Shown in pieces: positions 31,575 through 41,209 of a stretch of DNA of 64,000 bases (positions within the stretch are counted from its first letter, which is position 1; the number at the start of each line of letters is the position of its first letter). The notes below the pieces were generated by a model that saw only the letters and a list, made by a program, of their open reading frames with translations, was not told the DNA's origin and searched no databases. Where the stretch lies: assembly GCA_963710755.1 (NCBI GenBank), contig CAVQBK010000003.1:1024001-1088000 (forward strand). Reading direction: 5' to 3'. The DNA comes from an uncultured bacterium (lineage in GTDB: Bacteria; Oederibacteriota; JAAXVQ01; JAUVAV01). The position numbers and the translations under genes are program-made.

Positions 31575-32636
31575 ATGTGGGAAAAACTTAAAAAAGTTGA
31601 AGAAAAATTCATGGCGCTTGAAAAGGAGCTTTCCGATCCATCTATCATGAACGACCAAAAACGCTATCAGGATGTGGCTCGTAAACATGCTGAGCTATCA
31701 GAAATAGCGGAAGTACTGCGGAACCATCACCAGCTGGAAAAAGAGCTGGACGAAGCACGCCAAATGCTGGGCGCCGAGTCGGATATGGCGGCCCTGGCCG
31801 AGGAAGAGATCAGCTCCTTAACCGCGCGTCTGGCCCAAAACGAAACCCATTTAAAAGCTTTGCTGGTGCCTCGCGATCCCAATGACAGTAAAAATGTGTT
31901 TATGGAAATACGGGCCGGTACCGGCGGTGAGGAAGCGGCCTTGTTTGCTGCTGATTTGTTTCGTCTCTATACCCGGTATGCAGAACAGCGTCATTGGAAA
32001 GTATCGGTTATAGACAGTAATGAAACCGGATTGAACGGATTGAAGGAAGTGATTTTTCAAATCACAGGCAAGGATGTTTACCGCAATCTTAAATTTGAAG
32101 CCGGTGTGCACCGGGTGCAACGTGTTCCTCAAACCGAGGCCTCGGGACGCATTCATACCTCGGCGGTCACCGTAGCGGTGCTGCCGGAGGCCGACGAGGT
32201 GGAAGTGAACATTAATCCAACAGAATTGCGCATCGATATTTTCTGCTCCTCCGGACCGGGCGGTCAAAGCGTGAACACGACTTATTCGGCAATACGCATT
32301 ACCCATTTGCCCACAGGCATTGTGGTGCAATGTCAGGATGAACGATCCCAGACTAAAAACAAAGCCAAGGCCATGAAGGTTCTGCAGGCACGTTTGAAAA
32401 AGCTGAAAGAGGAAGAACAGTCAAAGGAATTGTCGGCAGACCGAAAATCCCAAGTGGGCAGCGGCGACCGCAGTGAAAAAATCCGTACCTATAATTTCCC
32501 CCAAAACCGGGTTACAGATCACCGGATTAATTACTCTTCTTATAATTTGGAAGGGTTCATGAACGGCGATATGAATGACATGATCGCTAAATTGCAGGAA
32601 GCCGACCAGGCGGAAAAACTGGCTCAGTCCACCTGA
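31575..32636 (+). CDS. prfA: Peptide chain release factor 1
   Basis: PQT (PxT) specificity motif, GGQ, SEKIRTYNFPQNR. Confidence 0.98.
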   Translation: MWEKLKKVEEKFMALEKELSDPSIMNDQKRYQDVARKHAELSEIAEVLRNHHQLEKELDEARQMLGAESDMAALAEEEISSLTARLAQNETHLKALLVPRDPNDSKNVFMEIRAGTGGEEAALFAADLFRLYTRYAEQRHWKVSVIDSNETGLNGLKEVIFQITGKDVYRNLKFEAGVHRVQRVPQTEASGRIHTSAVTVAVLPEADEVEVNINPTELRIDIFCSSGPGGQSVNTTYSAIRITHLPTGIVVQCQDERSQTKNKAKAMKVLQARLKKLKEEEQSKELSADRKSQVGSGDRSEKIRTYNFPQNRVTDHRINYSSYNLEGFMNGDMNDMIAKLQEADQAEKLAQST

Positions 32637-32659
32637 TCCGGGGGAACCGGGGAAGATGC

Positions 32660-33082
32660 TCAGCGGTTAAAGCGTTGCCTCAGAAGTTCATGTGCTGATT
32701 TGCAGGTACCCAGCACCTGCCACTCACAATGGTCGCAGAGAACATCGAATTCTTCTTCCGATAGGCTGGCAATGCGCTCATCGATCTCAGGGAGAGGATA
32801 AGGATGCCCCGGTTTGAGCTTCAAAGCCTTAAGGGTCCGTTTGTCCAGATCGTTCAATTTTTCCCCGCGCGGTCCCAACTGTTCAGGCTGACATTCCAAC
32901 TCGGCATGGGGACAACTTTTACAAATATTATCCAATCCTGGCTTAATCACAATTGTTTTGGTGCGGCTGCTTTTAAGAATAGCGATGATACGGGTCATTT
33001 CATTTATATATTCAGGGGAATAGCCGTAACCGTTGTAGCCGATCCGGCATAGGATGTGATGGGGTCTTAAAGTTATAATCAT
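32660..33082 (-). CDS. DUF1284-family Cys/His-rich protein
   Basis: LRPHHILC, GYGYS, DNICKSCP, CDHCEW...C; start at MIITL (33082). Confidence 0.85.
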   Translation of the reverse strand: MIITLRPHHILCRIGYNGYGYSPEYINEMTRIIAILKSSRTKTIVIKPGLDNICKSCPHAELECQPEQLGPRGEKLNDLDKRTLKALKLKPGHPYPLPEIDERIASLSEEEFDVLCDHCEWQVLGTCKSAHELLRQRFNR

Positions 33083-33187
33083 AACGCCTTCTTTAATACT
33101 TGGATGCAATTCCGTTCTAAAAGAAGTCAGCGTCAAGAAAAGCATGGAAATAAAATGCTAACTAATAATAGGTTAAATTATGAAGCA

Positions 33188-34048
33188 ATGAAAGTCAATG
33201 CCAAAACTGTACAAAATGCACTCAAATATGGTCAAACTGAGCTCAAGGCAGCAGGCATTGTCCAGGCCAGGCAGGAAGCATTGGAGTTATTAAGTCATGT
33301 CTCTGGCTTGGATAAAGCGTCACTACTGGCTCATCCCAACGATCCTTGTCCTAAATGGAACCCATTTCTGGAGTTGATTAACCAACGTTGTCAACACAAG
33401 CCTCTGCAATATCTGTTGGGGAGCGAGTTTTTTGGCCCCTTGGAATTAAAAGTTGGGCCCGGGGTGCTCATTCCCCGGCCGGAAACAGAGCTGATCCTGG
33501 ATTTATGCAGCCAATTACTGGAGCCTGATCAGGTTAACTGGATTATAGATTTGGGCACTGGTTCCGGCAATTTAGCCTTAAGTCTGGCCATGCGCTATAG
33601 GCAGGCTCAAGTGTTGGCTGTAGATCTATCGGCTCAAGCACTGCGTTGGGCACGGCGAAACCGGGAATTGGCCAAAATTAAAAACGTGCGCTTCTATCAT
33701 GGTCATGGTGCTAGCCCCGTGCCTAAAAAACGATTTCACCAAATCGATTTAGTGGTTTCCAATCCGCCCTATATTAAAAGCGGAGATTTGGCAACTTTGC
33801 AGCCAGAGGTGCTGTGGGAGCCCAGACAAGCCTTGGACGGGGGCCCCGATGGATTGCAATCTATTGGCATTATGATAGATGCTGCCCGGCAGCTATTAAA
33901 GCCCCAAGGGCTTTTTTGTTGCGAAATAGGAATTAATCAAGCTTCGGACGTGATTAGACTTTTGCAGGAAGCAGGTTTTCAAAAGACAGACGTTAAAGAC
34001 GATTGGCAGGGTATAGGTCGTATTGTTTACGGGTTTCAACCTAATTGA
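33188..34048 (+). CDS. prmC: Release factor glutamine N5-methyltransferase
   Basis: PLQYLLG, VLIPRPETE, DLGTGSG, SNPPY, ALDGGPDGL; start uncertain. Confidence 0.96.
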   Translation: MKVNAKTVQNALKYGQTELKAAGIVQARQEALELLSHVSGLDKASLLAHPNDPCPKWNPFLELINQRCQHKPLQYLLGSEFFGPLELKVGPGVLIPRPETELILDLCSQLLEPDQVNWIIDLGTGSGNLALSLAMRYRQAQVLAVDLSAQALRWARRNRELAKIKNVRFYHGHGASPVPKKRFHQIDLVVSNPPYIKSGDLATLQPEVLWEPRQALDGGPDGLQSIGIMIDAARQLLKPQGLFCCEIGINQASDVIRLLQEAGFQKTDVKDDWQGIGRIVYGFQPN

Positions 34049-34145
34049 CGACTGTTTGTTTAATCGTTTATCAGGCCCCCTATAGTTTCTGTATCCATGT
34101 AAAACCTTTGATCTCCTTGCTTATTATTGTCCGCTGAAGTGGATG

Positions 34146-34174
34146 TTGACAAAATGGACAATAAAGACTATAGT
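34146..34174 (+). promoter_or_regulatory. Sigma70 promoter heading the chemosensory-like operon
   Basis: TTGACA-N17-TATAGT. Confidence 0.7.
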
Positions 34175-34342
34175 TTTTTTGTTAAATATTTGGATATAGT
34201 TTTTGGAAGGTTGCCAAGAGGGCGATATATTATTTTGTAATCAAAGTTTTAGGATAAAAGTATTTATTGTTGATTCTCAGTTTCAGGCCCATGGCCACGC
34301 AGTCCAAAGATTAGTACCTTTCAAGTCAAAGGAGGTCAAGTC

Positions 34343-34921
34343 ATGAAAACAATTGTCCTGCTGGGCATGATCTTAGGCTTGCTGTTTAGTGTTGGAACCA
34401 ATTTGTTGGTGAATGCCGAGGAGCCTAGAGCCGGGTCGTCACCAGCGGAGGTTAATCAGGATTCAGACTTTTTTCCCACCCATCCAGCACCGGAAAATTT
34501 ATTGGAAATAGAGCCAAGTACCCAATCTGTCCAAGCTGCTGTGCCCTCATCCGTGGAGTCCACCTCCACCGCCCAAGCAAAGAATATTAAAGCGGTAAAT
34601 CCCAAGCCCACGTCCACCGATACTATTATCAGGCAAAAAATTGCCATCGTAAGCCAAATAGACAATCATGAACTGATTACGGTTGGTGATGAAGTCTATT
34701 TGAAAACCAAACACCTGGCCGGTCTCGATTTCCACCGCCGTTATACTATTTATAAAGAGGTGGTGAAAGCCATGCCCGCCATCAGCAAACAACCGGTTCA
34801 CCTGGAGCAAGTGGTGGGCCAATTGAAGCTTTTGGATAAACGGCAGCCTTTGAGTTTGGCACGAATTACCACGGCCAGTGATATTATTAAACCGGGGGAC
34901 TTCATTTATATAGGACAATAA
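34343..34921 (+). CDS. Exported hypothetical protein: signal peptide, Pro/Ser/Thr-rich linker, C-terminal beta-rich domain
   Basis: AAGGAGG RBS; MKTIVLLGMILGLL...VNA-EE signal peptide; GDEVYL...RYTIYK...VGQLKL...ARIT...IKPGD. Confidence 0.8.
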   Translation: MKTIVLLGMILGLLFSVGTNLLVNAEEPRAGSSPAEVNQDSDFFPTHPAPENLLEIEPSTQSVQAAVPSSVESTSTAQAKNIKAVNPKPTSTDTIIRQKIAIVSQIDNHELITVGDEVYLKTKHLAGLDFHRRYTIYKEVVKAMPAISKQPVHLEQVVGQLKLLDKRQPLSLARITTASDIIKPGDFIYIGQ

Positions 34922-34922
34922 C

Positions 34923-35759
34923 ATGAGCGATATCCTGGACAGCTTTCATTTTGGGCGATTGATTCAAATGATCCGTAATGAGATTGGGTTGGATTGTTCT
35001 CATTATAAACCGGGTTATTTAAAACGTCGGGTGGCGGTGCGTATGCGCGCTACGCAATCACAGGACTATCGGGCTTATGAAAAAATACTGGCGTCCAACC
35101 GGGAAGAATATGACCTGTTGCTGGACCGCCTGACGATTAATGTGTCCCATTTTTTCAGGGATGTTACGGTTTTCGAGGAAATGAAAAAAAGCGTACTTCC
35201 CCGCTTGGCACAAAAATCCTCGGTCCGTATCTGGTCCGCAGGCTGCGCTAATGGCGAGGAACCCTATTCCTTGGCCATGCTCTTTGACAAAGAATTTCCC
35301 AAACATAAACATTGGGAGATATTGGCTACTGATCTAGATCCTAATTGCCTGCTCCGGGCCAAGGTAGGCCGGTACAAGCTCCAATCGCTGGTGGAAACAC
35401 CACCAGCGTACAAAGCCCGTTATTTCCATCAGGACGGCGAATTTTGGGATGTGAATCCTGAACTCAAAAAAAAAATAAAGTTTAGGGTGCTCGATCTGAC
35501 CAGCGATATGCCCAGGGAAAGAATCGACATGATCCTGTGCCGTAATGTGATGATTTATTTTATGCCTTTGCTTCAGGACCGTCTTTATGAAGGGTTTTAT
35601 GACATTCTCAAACCTAATGGTTTTTTAGTATTAGGTAAGACCGAAACCATGCTGGGAGAACAACGGCTCAAATTCGAGTCTGTTAACGGCCGGGAACGCA
35701 TCTACCAGGCCAAGGCGGATATTCTACCCGCTAAACACGAGGGCAGCACGCATGGATAA
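34923..35759 (+). CDS. cheR: Chemotaxis protein-glutamate methyltransferase
   Basis: TINVSHFFRD, RIWSAGCANGEEPYS, ILCRNVMIYF. Confidence 0.96.
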   Translation: MSDILDSFHFGRLIQMIRNEIGLDCSHYKPGYLKRRVAVRMRATQSQDYRAYEKILASNREEYDLLLDRLTINVSHFFRDVTVFEEMKKSVLPRLAQKSSVRIWSAGCANGEEPYSLAMLFDKEFPKHKHWEILATDLDPNCLLRAKVGRYKLQSLVETPPAYKARYFHQDGEFWDVNPELKKKIKFRVLDLTSDMPRERIDMILCRNVMIYFMPLLQDRLYEGFYDILKPNGFLVLGKTETMLGEQRLKFESVNGRERIYQAKADILPAKHEGSTHG

Positions 35760-36939
35760 TATTCAAAACCATCTCAACCTGGGCCTGGCCTTTACCCAAA
35801 CCAGGCAGTATGACAAGGCTATCAAGGAATATGAAAAAGCCTTGATTATTGACCCAACGGACACGGCAGCTTTGTTTCAGCTGGGGAGCCTATATGCCCA
35901 AGCCGGTCAATACGAGGTGGCGGTTAAAACCTGCCGTCAGGTGCTGGAGATGGCACCCGGTCATCAGCAGGTGCATGCCAAGCTGGGGATGCTCTACAGT
36001 AAAACCGGTCAATTGGAAGAGGCGATCGAGGCTTATCATCAGGCTATCAGTCTCCAGGCCAAGGATCCCTCACTGCATAACAGTCTGGGCGATGTGTATT
36101 ATAAATTAGGAAAAGCATATGAAGCCAAGGCTGCTTATCTTGCTGCGCTAGCCATCAATCCCAACCTTTCGGAAGTTCATTTCAAACTGGGTTATCTCCA
36201 CGAGAGCCAAGGTCATTTTGAAGAAGCAGTGGGAGAATATGAAGCTGCGTTACGCATAAATCCCAAGCATGCCGGCATTCATAATATTATTGCCAGCCTG
36301 AAAGCCAAGATGGGCAACTTGGAAGATGCGGAAACAGCATTAGGAAAAGTATTGGAACTTAATCCCCAAGACAGCACGGCCTTGCATCATTTAGGACAAT
36401 TGCTGATCAAGGGCCAGCGTCTGGAGGAAGCAGCGGAGGTGATGGAGCGCGTCTTGCAGCTGCGCCAGCATGATTTGGAAACCAGAAGCCAGTTAGGGCA
36501 GCTCTATGCCAAACTGGGGCAAAAAGAAAAAGCCATCCATCAGTTCCAAACAGTGCTGAAAGAGGCTCCGGAGGAAGGGCAAGTGCAGAAAATGCGAGCC
36601 TTTATTTATGATCTTGAAAATAACGTGGAACAAGCTGATCGTGCTTATCAAGACGCCATTGCCCACGCTCCCCAGGATCTGAGTTTGGTGGAAGGCCGTG
36701 CCAATTTTTTATATCGGGTGGGTGATTATCTTAAGGCGGTGGAAGCGTTGACCCAACTGCTTATCCTGGACCCCGGTCATGCCGAAGGTCATTTGAAGCT
36801 GGGCAATATCTATTACAAACAACAAGCCCGGGAACAGGCCCTGGACGCCTGGAAAAAATCCCTGGCCCTTGATCCTAATAATGAAATTTTGAGAAACAAC
36901 ATCAAATTTGTTGAAGGAACGCGCAATGGGGTACATTGA
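35752..36939 (+). CDS. TPR-only protein (about 10 repeats)
   Basis: Recurring 34-aa LG..Y...G..EEA...Y..AL.INP pattern over the whole length. Confidence 0.92.
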   Translation: MDNIQNHLNLGLAFTQTRQYDKAIKEYEKALIIDPTDTAALFQLGSLYAQAGQYEVAVKTCRQVLEMAPGHQQVHAKLGMLYSKTGQLEEAIEAYHQAISLQAKDPSLHNSLGDVYYKLGKAYEAKAAYLAALAINPNLSEVHFKLGYLHESQGHFEEAVGEYEAALRINPKHAGIHNIIASLKAKMGNLEDAETALGKVLELNPQDSTALHHLGQLLIKGQRLEEAAEVMERVLQLRQHDLETRSQLGQLYAKLGQKEKAIHQFQTVLKEAPEEGQVQKMRAFIYDLENNVEQADRAYQDAIAHAPQDLSLVEGRANFLYRVGDYLKAVEALTQLLILDPGHAEGHLKLGNIYYKQQAREQALDAWKKSLALDPNNEILRNNIKFVEGTRNGVH

Positions 36940-37570
36940 ACAGCATCAGGAAAAGTCTCTGGGCCAGCTGTTACTGCAGAGCGGAAGAATTAATCAAGAA
37001 CAGTTAAACCAGGCTCTGACCGAACAAGAGCGGGCGGCCGAGCCTTTGGGCAAGACCCTGGTGCGTCTGGGCTATGCCCGGGAAGAAGATATTTTACAAG
37101 TACTAAAAGGGCTGTTGGTGGTCACCTTCACCCTGGCCAATGAATACTTCGCTTTTGAAGCGCTGTATGTGCGTGAGATCATTCGCTATCAGCCCTTGAA
37201 TAAATTACCACGCATGCCTGAGTATGTGGAAGGCTTGCTGCGCCACCGGGAAGCGGTGCTGCCGGTCGTCAATTTGACCTTGTTGCTCTGCCATCGGACC
37301 AGTCCGGTTACGGAAACGACCCGGATCATTATTATCGAGATTACAGGTCAGCTTTATGGCCTGCGGGTGGATACGGTGGAGGCGGTCGTGCAGTTGCCCA
37401 TGAATAATATCGAGACCACGCCCAGCACCCTAAAAGGCATCAATCCAAAATTTATTTACGGTGTAGGTAAGGTGGCCAATCGTCTCCTGACGGTGGTGCA
37501 TTTGGGCAATCTTTTTAATGCCGTCAATGTGCCAACATTAGATTCCGGGAACATGGGAGCAAGGGAATGA
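36926..37570 (+). CDS. CheW-domain protein with an N-terminal MshEN-like domain
   Basis: SLGQLLLQSGRINQEQLNQALTEQ...PLGKTLVRLGY, then CheW (VREII, LPRMPEYVEGLLRHR, YGLRVDTV). Confidence 0.88.
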   Translation: MGYIEQHQEKSLGQLLLQSGRINQEQLNQALTEQERAAEPLGKTLVRLGYAREEDILQVLKGLLVVTFTLANEYFAFEALYVREIIRYQPLNKLPRMPEYVEGLLRHREAVLPVVNLTLLLCHRTSPVTETTRIIIIEITGQLYGLRVDTVEAVVQLPMNNIETTPSTLKGINPKFIYGVGKVANRLLTVVHLGNLFNAVNVPTLDSGNMGARE

Positions 37571-39780
37571 GCGAACCCGAAGAGGTTCAAAACAGCCGTG
37601 AATTTGAGTATGGCATCGATCAGAATGATGCCTCGGCGCATAATAATTTGGGTGTCTTTTATTACTCCAAGGGTATGTACGTGGAGGCCATTAAGGAATT
37701 CAAACGGGCTTTGGAGATTGACCATAATCTGACCCAAGCCATGGAAAATCTACAGGCGGTGAATAAACACACCGGTATATATGATCGCGCCATCGGAGCT
37801 TACCAGCGTGCTATTGAATTGTACCCTGAAGATGCGGATGCTCATTACAATTTAGGCAACGCCTTTCGTTACACCGGCCGTTATGAAGAAGCTATTGCTG
37901 AATATCAGCAGGCGGTGGATATCACACCGTCTCATCTCTTTGCCATCAATGCCTTGGGGTTGGTATACAAAAATTTAGGACGTTTTGACGATGCCATAAA
38001 CGTGCTGGTCAAAGCCATTGCCGCCTCTCCACATTTTGCGGATTTGCGTAATACCCTGGGTGAGGTTTATTACAACAAGGGTCTTTACGACGAGGCCATC
38101 AAGGAATTTACCACAGCCATCCAGATAAATCCCGATTTTGCCGTGGCCCACTACAACCTTGGGTTCGCTTATGGCGACAAAGGCATGAATCAGGAAGCGG
38201 AAAAGGAATTTGCCATGGCCGTGGAGATCAATCCCGGCTACATGCAGTCTTCCACCAATCTGGCCATCGATTATTATAAAAAAGGGGAAGGTGTCAAACC
38301 GGAACCTGAATTTTCAGTGCCCAAATTTCAAGAATCCGATCCCGCCGCAGCCTACCAGGAGATGGGCAAAGCCTATCGTCTTAAAGGTTTGCTAAACGAA
38401 GCGGTTCAGCAATATCAGAAAGCCTTGGCAGTTAAGCCTCAGAGCGCGGAGCTGCATAACATTCTGGGAGAAATTTACTTTGACATGAAAATGCTGGCCG
38501 ACGCTCTGACGGAATTTCGTAAGGCCATTGAGCAGGATGCCACCTTTGCCCTGGCTTATATCAATGCCGGCGTGCTATATCGTCATCAAGGTTTGTACCG
38601 GGAAGCGGAAGAACAGTTCAAGCGCGTACTGCATTACGATCCGGACAATGTGCGCAGCCATTATGAACTGGGCGTGGTTTATCACAAGCAAGGCAAGGCC
38701 CAGGAAGCCATCCATGAGATTGAATTGGCCATCAACAAAAATCCCCACTATGCGGATGGGCATTATCAACTGGGTATTTACTATTACCGTCTCAACCAAT
38801 ATGACCAGGCCATCACCGAATTCCGCCGTGCTATCGAACTCTCCCCCTTGTACAGCCAGGACAGCGAAGCCAATATTTATCTGGGGTTGGCGCTGGCGGA
38901 CAAAGGCCGGTTTGAAGAAGCCATTATTGAATATCAAAAAGCTTTGGCCCTGGATCCGCAAAACGCCGTAGCACATAATTCTCTGGGCATGGCCTATAAG
39001 AATATCAGCAATTACGACGATGCCTTGGAAGAATACCGCAAAGCCATCGTCCTCAATCCTCAGTACGCCAAAGCCTTTAATAATTTAGGTGTGATCTATT
39101 ATCAGAAAGGCATTTACGACAAAGCCATTGAGGAGTTCACGCGGGCTTTGGAAATTGATCCTGAATATCTGACCGCCCAAAAAAATTTGGTGGCGGCCTC
39201 CAAGAAAAAGGACATCTTCAAAGAGGCCATCGAACGCTTGCAGGCGGACATTCAGTCCAATCCCAACAATGCCGCAGCCTATTATGACCTGGCCAATGTT
39301 TATCGCAATACGGACCGTTTTGAAGAAGCCATCGAAGAATATAAAAAAGCACTGAAGATCAAGCCTGATTATGTCGAAGCTTGTACTAACATGGGATTGA
39401 TCTACAAGAAGCTCAATCAACCCGAGCTGGCGTTGAAAGTGTTGTTGGAAGCGGTAGCCATCAATCCCACTTACCCCGACGCTCACTATTATCTGGGGGA
39501 AGTGTATTTGCAAAAAAAATTACTGGATGAATCCGAGGTGGAATACTTGCGCACCATTGATCTGAACCCCAAGCATATCGAGGTTTATGACCGTCTGGCT
39601 ACCATCTACAGCATGCGCAACTGGTGGGACGAGGCTATCGCCACCTGGGATCACTTTATCCAGATCGCGCCTAATACGGAAACGGCCTTACGGGCGGCGG
39701 AGAAGATGCGCTCGGCCCAGGACTGGCTGGAACGATTTGAGTATTCGCCCGGTGCCAATCATCGCCGGCTGATTATATAA
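37567..39780 (+). CDS. Long TPR-only protein (roughly 18-20 repeats)
   Basis: Repeated AHxNLG...Y...AI..F..A...NP units; no catalytic domain visible. Confidence 0.93.
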   Translation: MSEPEEVQNSREFEYGIDQNDASAHNNLGVFYYSKGMYVEAIKEFKRALEIDHNLTQAMENLQAVNKHTGIYDRAIGAYQRAIELYPEDADAHYNLGNAFRYTGRYEEAIAEYQQAVDITPSHLFAINALGLVYKNLGRFDDAINVLVKAIAASPHFADLRNTLGEVYYNKGLYDEAIKEFTTAIQINPDFAVAHYNLGFAYGDKGMNQEAEKEFAMAVEINPGYMQSSTNLAIDYYKKGEGVKPEPEFSVPKFQESDPAAAYQEMGKAYRLKGLLNEAVQQYQKALAVKPQSAELHNILGEIYFDMKMLADALTEFRKAIEQDATFALAYINAGVLYRHQGLYREAEEQFKRVLHYDPDNVRSHYELGVVYHKQGKAQEAIHEIELAINKNPHYADGHYQLGIYYYRLNQYDQAITEFRRAIELSPLYSQDSEANIYLGLALADKGRFEEAIIEYQKALALDPQNAVAHNSLGMAYKNISNYDDALEEYRKAIVLNPQYAKAFNNLGVIYYQKGIYDKAIEEFTRALEIDPEYLTAQKNLVAASKKKDIFKEAIERLQADIQSNPNNAAAYYDLANVYRNTDRFEEAIEEYKKALKIKPDYVEACTNMGLIYKKLNQPELALKVLLEAVAINPTYPDAHYYLGEVYLQKKLLDESEVEYLRTIDLNPKHIEVYDRLATIYSMRNWWDEAIATWDHFIQIAPNTETALRAAEKMRSAQDWLERFEYSPGANHRRLII

Positions 39781-39822
39781 ATCGGGACGCCTGAATTTTA
39801 CAGGTGCAGCCTTGGAGAGACG

Positions 39823-40161
39823 ATGAAGTTGATTAAGTGCATTATTCAACAAAACAAACTGGAGACCGTCAAGCAGACCCTGTTGGAACAAGGCGTACAG
39901 GGCATGACGGTCTATGAAGTGAAAGGATTTGGCATTCATCGTGCCCAATTAGAGCACAAAGCTAGTGGCAATTACCTGGTTGAATTCCAGCCGCGGGTTA
40001 TGTTAGAACTGGTGGTGCCTGACGAACAGACCGCCTCTTTAATCAACTTAATCACAGCGGTGGTGCGTTCCGGGCGTCTGGGGGACGGGAAAATATTCGT
40101 TCTGCCCGTGGAAGAGGTGATTCGTATCCGGACAAATGAGCACGGCAACGCAACCATATAA
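39823..40161 (+). CDS. P-II family signal transduction protein (divergent T-loop)
   Basis: 112 aa; GMTVYEVKGFG, GDGKIFV, VIRIRT. Confidence 0.92.
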   Translation: MKLIKCIIQQNKLETVKQTLLEQGVQGMTVYEVKGFGIHRAQLEHKASGNYLVEFQPRVMLELVVPDEQTASLINLITAVVRSGRLGDGKIFVLPVEEVIRIRTNEHGNATI

Positions 40162-40190
40162 GCATACTCAATCAAAGAGAGGAGAATACC

Positions 40191-40562
40191 GTGGCATCAA
40201 AAATCCTTATTGTTGACGACGCATCCTTTATGCGCATGATGCTTCGTAATATCTTAACCAGTCATGGCTATGAGATTGTGGGGGAAGCCGAGAATGGAAT
40301 TCTGGCCATTGATGCCTATCAGCGGCTCAATCCTGATATCGTGCTCATTGATCTCATCATGCCCGAGATGGGCGGCATCGAGGCGGTTAAAAAGATCATG
40401 GAGCTCGATGGCCAGGCCAAAATTATTATTTGCAGCGCCATGGGGCAGCAAGCCCTGGTGGTGGAAGCCATGCAAGCCGGCGCCAGAGATTTTATCATCA
40501 AGCCCTTCCAGCCGACCAGTGTCGTGGAGGCGATCCAAAAAGTTGAACATGAGAAGGAGTAG
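40191..40562 (+). CDS. cheY: Chemotaxis response regulator CheY
   Basis: ILIVDDASFMR, DLIMP, CSAMGQ, DFIIKPF (Bacillus/Thermotoga-like). Confidence 0.92.
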   Translation: MASKILIVDDASFMRMMLRNILTSHGYEIVGEAENGILAIDAYQRLNPDIVLIDLIMPEMGGIEAVKKIMELDGQAKIIICSAMGQQALVVEAMQAGARDFIIKPFQPTSVVEAIQKVEHEKE

Positions 40563-40567
40563 CCAAC

Positions 40568-41209
40568 ATGAATGATCCCAGCGAAATCAATCAGTTCTAC
40601 CGGGACGCTTTGCAGGAACTGGGCAATATTGGGGCGGGTAATGCCGCCACGGCCTTGTCGCAAATGGTGGGACGGACCATCGGCATGTCGGTGCCCAAAG
40701 TCATGATCGTGCCGGTGGAGGAAGTGCCTGAGCTGGTCGGCGGTGTGGAGGAAATTGTGGCCGGCATCTATCTGGAAGTCTTCGGTGACCTGCCTTCGAA
40801 AATATTAGTTACTTTTCCCCATAAGAATTTGGTGCTCTTGACGGATATGCTGCTGGGCAACAACCTGGGGTCCCAAACCCTGATGAACGAGATGAAACTT
40901 TCGGCCCTTAAAGAACTGGGCACCATTCTATCCGGGGCCTATTTGAACGCCTTGGCCAAGTTTTTAGATCTGCGTATGATTCCGTCCGTCCCGGCCCTGG
41001 CCATTGACGTTATGACCGCGATTTTGGAAACCATCCTGGTAGAAATTTCCCAGGAGACCCAATACGCGCTCATGCTTCAAACTGAGATTATTGAAACCGA
41101 GACTAAAATAACGGGAACCTTCTTTTTGATTCCCGAACCGGGAACATTGGACACGATTGTGAAATCCATTGCCAAAGCTGCTGGGGTGATCGATGCCGGA
41201 ACGAATTAA
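40568..41209 (+). CDS. cheC: CheY-P phosphatase CheC
   Basis: DALQELGNIGAGNAATALSQM; second site SALKELGT. Confidence 0.93.
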   Translation: MNDPSEINQFYRDALQELGNIGAGNAATALSQMVGRTIGMSVPKVMIVPVEEVPELVGGVEEIVAGIYLEVFGDLPSKILVTFPHKNLVLLTDMLLGNNLGSQTLMNEMKLSALKELGTILSGAYLNALAKFLDLRMIPSVPALAIDVMTAILETILVEISQETQYALMLQTEIIETETKITGTFFLIPEPGTLDTIVKSIAKAAGVIDAGTN

